DNA of 64,000 bases, taken from NCBI GenBank assembly GCA_027310565.1, contig DAIDAP010000016.1, positions 25,017 through 89,016 of the forward strand. Direction: 5' to 3'. Source of the DNA: Chloroflexota bacterium (lineage in GTDB: Bacteria; Chloroflexota; Limnocylindria; P2-11E). The notes beneath the pieces are model-generated. The model did not search any database. It saw only the letters and a list, made by a program, of their open reading frames with translations, and was not told the origin of the DNA. Shown one piece after another: positions 58,213 through 64,000 of this stretch; within the stretch, counting starts at the first letter, position 1, and the number at the start of each line of letters is the position of its first letter. A program made the translations under genes and the position numbers.

Positions 58213-59397
58213 ATGCGCACCGTCGTCGCCCTGACGGCCGCGGCGCTCGTCGTGGCGCTCGTCGTGCTCACGCTCGCGCCGGCGCCGCCCGTCGCCGAGC
58301 CGTCGCCGTCCGCAACGGAGGCCGCCGCCGCGACGCCATCCGTCGGCGCGAGCCCGAGCGCGTCGCCGACGCCGGCCGCGCGCCGCGCGATCACGGTGAT
58401 CCCCGTGTCCGCCGTCCCGAGCGACCATCGCTACACCTTCGGCTGGGGCCGCGTCCTGCTCCTCGACCTCGAGGCGCGCCGTGCGCGCGAGGTCGTGCGG
58501 CTGGACGACCTGGCGCAGTCGCCGGATCAGGTCGTGGACGCGATGAGCGCTTCGCGCGACGGGAAGACGCTGGTGCTGCTCTTCAGCGTCACGCCGGAGC
58601 GCCGCGCGATCGTCCTCGTCCGGCCGGTCACCGGCGAGACGCGGACGCTCGTCGAGGGACCCGATCTCGAGGGGCCGCTGCTCTCGGATGACGGAGCGCG
58701 CCTCGCGTTCGCGCGGCGGTCGGACGACGCGGCGAGGAGCGGGATCTGGGTCCTCGACGTGACGGCGGCGGGCGCGGCAGCCGGCCGGCTCGTCGCCGGC
58801 GAGCCCGGACGCGGCGGACCACCGGCCAGCCCGCTGTCGTGGTCGCCGGATGGCCGCTCGCTCGTCGTGCGGGTGGGGCCCGCGGACGGCCCGCTGGTGG
58901 CGATCGTGGACGCCGCGGCCGGGGAGACGCGGTTCGACGCGGGCGGGCCCGGCTTCGCCGGCGGCCGGGCGGTGGTCGTGGGTCCGGGCTCCGGAGCGCG
59001 GTGGCGCGACGGACCTCTCCTGACCTGGACGACGGTCCGCGTGGCCGCGTACGACGTCGCGTCGGGCGCGACGCGCGTGCTCTACGAGCCTCCGGCGGGC
59101 CGGCGCATCGTGGGCGCCGCGGCGCGGCCGGGGTCGTCGGAGTACGCCGTGGTCGAGCGCGAGCTCGCCGCCGGTCCCGGCTCGCCGATCGCGATCTCGC
59201 TGCGCGGCGGCGCCGCGGGACCGCGACTCCTGGCCGAGAACGGCTTCATCGGCGCGGACCTGTGGTGGTCTGCCGACGGCGCGCACCTGTACACGACCGT
59301 CGGCGGAGACGACTCGACCGGCGCCGTGCGCGACCTCATCGGGCAGGGCGGGATGCCCTACTGCCTGCGCGGGGGCGAGCCGCCGAGCTGCACGTAG
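58213..59397 (+). CDS. Membrane-anchored beta-propeller protein (TolB/PD40-like repeats)
   Basis: N-terminal TM helix and a Pro/Ser/Ala linker. Repeated SxDGxxLxF / WSPDGRSLV motifs. Confidence 0.6.
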   Translation: MRTVVALTAAALVVALVVLTLAPAPPVAEPSPSATEAAAATPSVGASPSASPTPAARRAITVIPVSAVPSDHRYTFGWGRVLLLDLEARRAREVVRLDDLAQSPDQVVDAMSASRDGKTLVLLFSVTPERRAIVLVRPVTGETRTLVEGPDLEGPLLSDDGARLAFARRSDDAARSGIWVLDVTAAGAAAGRLVAGEPGRGGPPASPLSWSPDGRSLVVRVGPADGPLVAIVDAAAGETRFDAGGPGFAGGRAVVVGPGSGARWRDGPLLTWTTVRVAAYDVASGATRVLYEPPAGRRIVGAAARPGSSEYAVVERELAAGPGSPIAISLRGGAAGPRLLAENGFIGADLWWSADGAHLYTTVGGDDSTGAVRDLIGQGGMPYCLRGGEPPSCT

Positions 59398-59422
59398 CGG
59401 CGGTCGCTGAAGACGAGCCTGG

Positions 59423-60694
59423 TCAGAGCCCGAGCAGCGTCACCGCCACCAGGGCGAGCGAGAGCGCCGACGCGACGACGGCGATGGCCGCGCCCGCGAC
59501 GGACGAGAGGCGCCCGTTGCGCTGGTCGCCCATGACGCTCCGGTCGCCGGCGAGCCGCAGGATGAACGCGAGCACGATCGGCAGCAGCAGCCCCTGCACC
59601 GCCTGCGACACGAGGATGAACTGGATGAGCAGGCCCTCCGGAAAGAGCACGACCGCGACGCCGCCCGCGACGAGCAGCAGCGTGAAGAGCCCCATGAACA
59701 CCGGCGCGTCGCCGAAGTCGTGGCTGATGCCGGACTCCCAGCCGAAGGCCTCGCAGATCGCGTAGCTCGTCGACAGCGGCATCACGAGCGCGGCGAGCAT
59801 CGACGCGCCGAAGAGGCCGACGCCGAAGAGGAGCTCCGCGCCGCCGCCGGCGAGCGGCTCGAGCGCCCGCGCGGCGTCCGCGGCCCTCTCGACGAGGATC
59901 CCGTTCGGGAAGAGGACCGCGGCGGTCACGACGACCATGAAGAGCCCGTTCAGGCCGGTGAGGACCGCGCCCATGAGCACGTCGACCCGGGTGAACCGGT
60001 ACGCGTCGCGGTCGATGCCCTTGTCGACGATCGACGCCTGTATGTAGAACTGCATGTACGGTGTGATCGTCGTCCCGACGAGCGCGACCGCCGCGACGAG
60101 CGCGCCCTGCGCCGACGGCAGCGTCGGCACGACGAGCCCCTGCAGCGCGGCCGACCAGTCCGGCCGCACGACGAACGCGGCGACCGGGTAGGCGAGGAAG
60201 GCCAGCACGAGCACGAACAGCGCGCGCTCGACGACGCGGTAGGTGAAGAACACGACCAGCACCCAGATGACGAGCCCGGCGATCGGGACCGAGACGATGG
60301 AGGGGACGCCGAGCAGCCCGAGGCTCGCGGCGACGCCCGCGTACTCCGCGGCGACGTTCACTCCGTTCGCGACGAGCAGCGCGGCCATCGCCAGGATCGT
60401 CCAGCGCACGCCGAAGCGCTCGCGGATGAGGTCGGAGAGCCCCTTGCCGGTGACCGCGCCCATGCGCGCGCACATCTCCTGGATGACGACGAGACCGACC
60501 GTGGAGACGAGCAGCAGCCACAGCAGCGCGTAGCCGTAGCGCGCGCCGACGGCCGAGTAGGTCGTGACGCCGCCGGCGTCGTTGCCGGCGAATCCGGTGA
60601 TGATGCCCGGCCCCATGACGGCGAGGAACGCGAGCAGCGTGGCGCGGCGGCCACGGGCGGTCTGGCGGACCGTCGTCCCCACGCCGCCGATCAC
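59423..60694 (-). CDS. NRAMP (SLC11) family transporter with non-canonical metal-binding motifs (NRMT-like, predicted Mg2+ rather than Mn2+/Fe2+)
   Basis: 423 aa with about 11 TM helices. The TM1 region GPGIITGFAGNDAGGVTTYSAVGARYGY aligns to MntH GPGFLVAVGYMDPGNWATS...YGY, so DPGN becomes DAGG. The TM6 region GTTITPYMQFY aligns to GATVMPHNLY, so MPH becomes TPY. ATG forms an ATGA overlap with the stop of the upstream gene. Confidence 0.85.
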   Translation of the reverse strand: MIGGVGTTVRQTARGRRATLLAFLAVMGPGIITGFAGNDAGGVTTYSAVGARYGYALLWLLLVSTVGLVVIQEMCARMGAVTGKGLSDLIRERFGVRWTILAMAALLVANGVNVAAEYAGVAASLGLLGVPSIVSVPIAGLVIWVLVVFFTYRVVERALFVLVLAFLAYPVAAFVVRPDWSAALQGLVVPTLPSAQGALVAAVALVGTTITPYMQFYIQASIVDKGIDRDAYRFTRVDVLMGAVLTGLNGLFMVVVTAAVLFPNGILVERAADAARALEPLAGGGAELLFGVGLFGASMLAALVMPLSTSYAICEAFGWESGISHDFGDAPVFMGLFTLLLVAGGVAVVLFPEGLLIQFILVSQAVQGLLLPIVLAFILRLAGDRSVMGDQRNGRLSSVAGAAIAVVASALSLALVAVTLLGL

Positions 60695-61944
60695 CGCGCG
60701 ATCGACCGGAGCGACCTCTTCTTCCAGCCGCGCGGGAGCATGAGCTCGACGACGTCGTCGATCGTGACGGTGCCGATGAGCCTGCGCCGCGCGTCGACGA
60801 CGGGCAGGGCGAGCAGGTCGTACTTCGCGATGAGCGAGGCGACCTCCTCCTTGGGCGTGGTGGCCTCCACCTTGAGCACGTGCGGGTTCATGACCTGCGC
60901 GAGCCGCTCGTCCGGCTTCGCCACGACGAGGTCACGCAGCGACACGACGCCCTCGAGGCGCCCCTCGGCGTCGACGACGTAGAGGTAGTACGCGAGCTCG
61001 GGATCGGGCTTCAGCGCGCGCAGGCGCTCGATGGCCTGCGCGGCCGTCTGCTCGGCGGCGAGCGAGACGACGTCCGTGGTCATGATCCCGCCGGCGGAGT
61101 CCTCGGGGTAGGTGAGGAGCTCCTCGACGTCCTCGGCCTCCTCCTTCTCCATGAGGTCGACGAGCTCCTCGCGGCGCTCTTCGGAAAGGTCCTGGAGCAG
61201 ATCGGCGGCCTCGTCCGGCGCCATCTCCTCGAGGATGTCGGCGGCGCGCTCCTCGGTGAGGTCGCTGATGATCGCGGCCTGCATCTCGGGCTCGACCTCC
61301 TGGAGCGCCTCGGCGGCGGTCTCGACGTCGAGCTGCTCGAACACCGCCCGGCGCTCGTCGGCGGCCATCTCCTCGACGATGTCCGCGATGTCCGCGGGGT
61401 GGAGAAGCGCGAGCTTCGTGCGCGGGACGGTGACGCGGACGTTCGCCTCGGGCGCGTCGAGCGGCTCCACCAGGTGCCACGGGATGATCCCGCGCGGGAG
61501 CTTGCGCCCCGCGATGCGCACGACGCGCTCGGCGAGGGGTTCGGCGCCCACGCGCCGCAGCAGCCCGCGCAGCCCGACGTCCGCGCCGACCAGCCGCAGC
61601 TGTCCGTCCACGTCGGAGAGCTGGAGGTCGTTCACGCGCACGATCTTCGCGCCGTGCGTGTCGACGACCTGTTTGTCGAGCAGGTCGCGCGCCAGGCGCA
61701 GGGCCTCGGGCGGGAGCGCCGCGTCCTGGAGCGAGTCGAGCCGGGCGCGCAGGCGCAGGTGCCCGATCTCCTGCGCGAGGTCGCTCCAGCGGAGCACCCG
61801 CTCGCCGGCGCCGGTGGCGAGGATCGCCCACTGGATGGCGGGGAACTGCCCCTGCGGGACCACGGCCAGGTCCTTCAGGGTCCCGACCTCGTTCCCGTTG
61901 GGCTCGATGACGCGGCGGTGCTGAATCTCGGAGAGGTACGGCAT
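60691..61944 (-). CDS. Soluble PRC-barrel + MgtE-N + tandem-CBS protein (MgtE cytoplasmic sensor module without the transmembrane pore)
   Basis: N-terminal PRC-barrel-like repeats, an acidic MgtE_N helical domain (ADIADIVEEMAADE...ILEEMAPDEAADLL) and two CBS motifs (IMTTDVVSL..., VVSLRDLVV...). It ends right after CBS2. An alternative TTG start lies at 62007. Confidence 0.8.
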   Translation of the reverse strand: MPYLSEIQHRRVIEPNGNEVGTLKDLAVVPQGQFPAIQWAILATGAGERVLRWSDLAQEIGHLRLRARLDSLQDAALPPEALRLARDLLDKQVVDTHGAKIVRVNDLQLSDVDGQLRLVGADVGLRGLLRRVGAEPLAERVVRIAGRKLPRGIIPWHLVEPLDAPEANVRVTVPRTKLALLHPADIADIVEEMAADERRAVFEQLDVETAAEALQEVEPEMQAAIISDLTEERAADILEEMAPDEAADLLQDLSEERREELVDLMEKEEAEDVEELLTYPEDSAGGIMTTDVVSLAAEQTAAQAIERLRALKPDPELAYYLYVVDAEGRLEGVVSLRDLVVAKPDERLAQVMNPHVLKVEATTPKEEVASLIAKYDLLALPVVDARRRLIGTVTIDDVVELMLPRGWKKRSLRSIAR

Positions 61945-62016
61945 CGGTCGTTCGGGCGCAAGGGTACCGCTCTTCGCGCTCGTCTCCTCGGCCGTGATGT
62001 GGGACAATCAAGACCC

Positions 62017-62877
62017 ATGTCGCCATCCGCCGACGCCGGACTGCGTGTCCGCGCCTTCGCCGACCAGGCCGTGGCCGCGGCGCTCGACGCCGACTGGCCC
62101 CGCGCCGCCGAGCTCAACGGCAAGATCCTGGAGACCGCGCCCGACGACGTCGAGGCGCGAAACCGGCTGGGCCGCGCGCTCCTCGAGCAGGCCAGGCTGG
62201 ACGAGGCCAGGGCCGCGTTCGCCGAGGTGCTGAAGGCGGAGCCCTACAACGCGATCGCCCTCCGCGGCCTGCAGCGCGTCACGACGCTGCTCGAGCACAA
62301 GGCCAAGGCCGTCGCGACCGCCACCAAGACCCAGCCCCGCCTCTTCATCGAGGACATGGGCAAGACCGGCATCCTGCGGCTCATCAACCCGGCGCCGCCG
62401 CACATCCTCTCGCGGTACAGCCCCGGCGCCGAGTGCGAGCTGCGCGAGCAGGAGGGCCTGCTCGCCGTCCACGCGAGCGACGGTGCGCTCGTCGGCTTTC
62501 TCGAGCCGAAGGTCGGGCGCCGGCTCATCGACCTCATCCGGACGGGCAACCGGTACGTCGTCGCGCTGGTGAGTAACGACACGCAGAACGCCCGCGTTGC
62601 CATCCGTGAGGTCTTCCAGAGCGCCGACAACGCCAGCCGGATCTCGTTCCCCGGGCACCACCGGCCGGCGGAGACCAAGGAGCGCGCCTACATCAAGGGG
62701 AACTTCTTCCGGTTCGGTGCCGAGGTGGACGACGAGTCCGAGCTCGGCGAGGCCGGCGAGGAAGGGGAAGAGGCCGCGTCGCCCGGCGAGGAGCTGCTCG
62801 AGGAGGCCGAGTCGGCGGAGGAGCCGCTGGCCGTCGAGAGCGACGAGGACGACGCGGAGGACGGCGAGGACGAGTAA
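62017..62877 (+). CDS. TPR-repeat protein with acidic C-terminal tail
   Basis: TPR-like helices (NGKILETAPDDVEARNRLGRALLEQARLDEARAAFAEVLKAEPYN) and a terminal stretch of about 60 residues that is roughly 40% Asp/Glu. Confidence 0.65.
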   Translation: MSPSADAGLRVRAFADQAVAAALDADWPRAAELNGKILETAPDDVEARNRLGRALLEQARLDEARAAFAEVLKAEPYNAIALRGLQRVTTLLEHKAKAVATATKTQPRLFIEDMGKTGILRLINPAPPHILSRYSPGAECELREQEGLLAVHASDGALVGFLEPKVGRRLIDLIRTGNRYVVALVSNDTQNARVAIREVFQSADNASRISFPGHHRPAETKERAYIKGNFFRFGAEVDDESELGEAGEEGEEAASPGEELLEEAESAEEPLAVESDEDDAEDGEDE

Positions 62878-62889
62878 GGGGTGAGCTGA

Positions 62890-64000
62890 GTGAGGCGGCG
62901 AGGTTGGGGAGCGGCACCGGCGGTCCCACTCCTCGCGCTCGTCGTCGCTCTTCTCGTGGCGGTCTCGTGCTCGCCCGCGCCGTCCCGACGGATCCCGGCG
63001 ACGGACATCGCCGACGCGCGCCCCTTCGCGCGCTCCATCGCCGACGTCCTCATGACGTTCTCCGCCTACGACTACGCGGTCGTCGGCGGCCTCACCGACG
63101 CCGGTGTCCGCGTGGTGAGCCCGGACCGTTACGCGCAGGTCGTGCGCGTGCAGGCCCAGGCCATCGCGGACGAGACCACCAAGATCGTCGCCAGCACCGC
63201 GAGCGCGGCCGGACCGGTGCGCGACCGGCTCGTCACGCTCGCCGACGCCATCGGTGATCTGCGCACCGACGCGCTCCTGTACGCCGATGGGCGGGATCCG
63301 GAGCTCCTCGCGCGCGTGTTCGCCGACATCGAGCGCGGATGGACCCTGCTGCGCGAGCTCGACGCGCTGCTCAAGGACGACGCGGCACTCGACGCGGCCA
63401 TCGCACGCGGCACCTCGTTCAAGGCGGTCGTCCAGGCCTCGCCGCGCTTCGTGCTCACCGTCGGCCCGTTCGGCTCGGAAGCCGAGGCCGCCGCGGCGGC
63501 TCCGAAGGTCGGCGTGGGCGCCGTCGCCGCGACGGTCGCGCCGTTCGTCGTCCGCGCCACGTTCGAGGACAGGGCGAAGGCCGACGCCGCCGCCGCCGCC
63601 CTCGGCGCGCAGCGGCTCACCGGCATCGTGACCCAGGAGCTGGCGTACGGCTTCCAGCGCGGCGGCGCGACGCCCGACGCGGAGCTGTGGCGCGAGCCGG
63701 CGCGGATCATCGACACCACCGCCAAGTCGCGCAAGATCGCGCTGTCCGACGACGGCGGCTGGGTCGTCACCGGCTCCGACGACGGCTGGGCCGTGGTCTT
63801 CGACCCGCAGAACCGGCAGACGGCCATGCCGCTCATGCCCGCGGGCATGTCGGCGCTCGGCATCGACGACGACGGGAAGTTCTTCGTCGCCGGCGGGCAG
63901 AAGCTCGCGTTCTTCTTCCTTCCCGCGGGCCCGTTCCTCGGGCAGAGCGTGCGGCTCAACAACGTCATCAGCCAGCTCATCTTCGTGCCCGGCGTCGTCG
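62890..64000 (+). CDS. Lipoprotein with tandem SPOR-like domains and a C-terminal beta-rich region (3' end outside window)
   Basis: Not in the ORF track because it has no stop inside the window. GTG start, signal plus lipobox LLVAVSCS. Two SPOR-like segments (FVLTVGPFGSEAEAAAAA, FVVRATFEDRAKADAAAAAL), then DDGGWVVTGSDDGWAVVFD. Confidence 0.6.
   Translation, partial: MRRRGWGAAPAVPLLALVVALLVAVSCSPAPSRRIPATDIADARPFARSIADVLMTFSAYDYAVVGGLTDAGVRVVSPDRYAQVVRVQAQAIADETTKIVASTASAAGPVRDRLVTLADAIGDLRTDALLYADGRDPELLARVFADIERGWTLLRELDALLKDDAALDAAIARGTSFKAVVQASPRFVLTVGPFGSEAEAAAAAPKVGVGAVAATVAPFVVRATFEDRAKADAAAAALGAQRLTGIVTQELAYGFQRGGATPDAELWREPARIIDTTAKSRKIALSDDGGWVVTGSDDGWAVVFDPQNRQTAMPLMPAGMSALGIDDDGKFFVAGGQKLAFFFLPAGPFLGQSVRLNNVISQLIFVPGVV

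Noticed and set aside
63129-63980. 283-aa minus ORF at the window end
   Set aside because: Antisense to the SPOR-lipoprotein frame, which shows domain-like sequence. The minus ORF is low complexity.

Overview
This is a high-GC (about 70-75%) chromosomal window, probably from an actinobacterium (Rubrobacteria/Thermoleophilia-like), densely packed with housekeeping and metabolic genes. I found no rRNA, tRNA, CRISPR array, transposase or phage gene.

Main content, in order along the window:
- A TPP-riboswitch-controlled thiamine-salvage operon (thiamine pyrophosphokinase, ECF transporter S component, fused duplicated ECF ATPase).
- amtB with no downstream glnK.
- pth, mfd and an intramembrane (CPBP) protease.
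- A SAM-cycle pair (ahcY, metK) with apt.
- A lower-GC dipeptide/oligopeptide-type ABC transporter gene set (binding protein plus two permeases, no ATPase genes).
- proC, a YjeF-N epimerase and a methyltransferase on one strand.
- A sugar-nucleotide cluster (epimerase/dehydratase, phosphomannomutase, bifunctional PGI/PMI, NUDIX hydrolase).
- A cobalamin-riboswitch-controlled btuFCD-like transporter.
- thrC, thrB, birA, a DegV protein, accD, accA.
- A scattered fatty-acid-synthesis cluster (fabD, accC, fabZ, fabF, accB) interrupted by an arginase, an ankyrin-repeat protein, a cysS::glycosyltransferase fusion and an S51 peptidase.

The most unusual loci:
1. A translationally coupled pair in which a soluble PRC-barrel/MgtE-N/CBS magnesium-sensor-like protein precedes an NRAMP-family transporter whose metal-binding motifs are non-canonical. 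I predict a regulated Mg2+ (NRMT-like) uptake system.
2. A full-length cysteinyl-tRNA synthetase with an HLGN variant of the HIGH motif, fused at its C-terminus to a family-2 glycosyltransferase domain and translationally coupled to a cyanophycinase/PepE-like S51 peptidase.
3. A BCCP-like protein lacking the biotinylated lysine, encoded immediately after accDA (analogous to plant BADC proteins).
4. A secreted metzincin-like protein with a QExxHxxGxxH motif, the first zinc ligand being Gln.
5. A SWIM zinc-finger mini-protein followed by a perfect 18-bp-arm palindrome and a cobalamin riboswitch.
6. A frameshifted relic of a YciI-like gene next to a gene pair for a trypsin-like (S1) protease and a small protein.

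Coordinates of starts are my best estimates. Several genes appear to use GTG, TTG or CTG starts and 1-4 nt stop/start overlaps.
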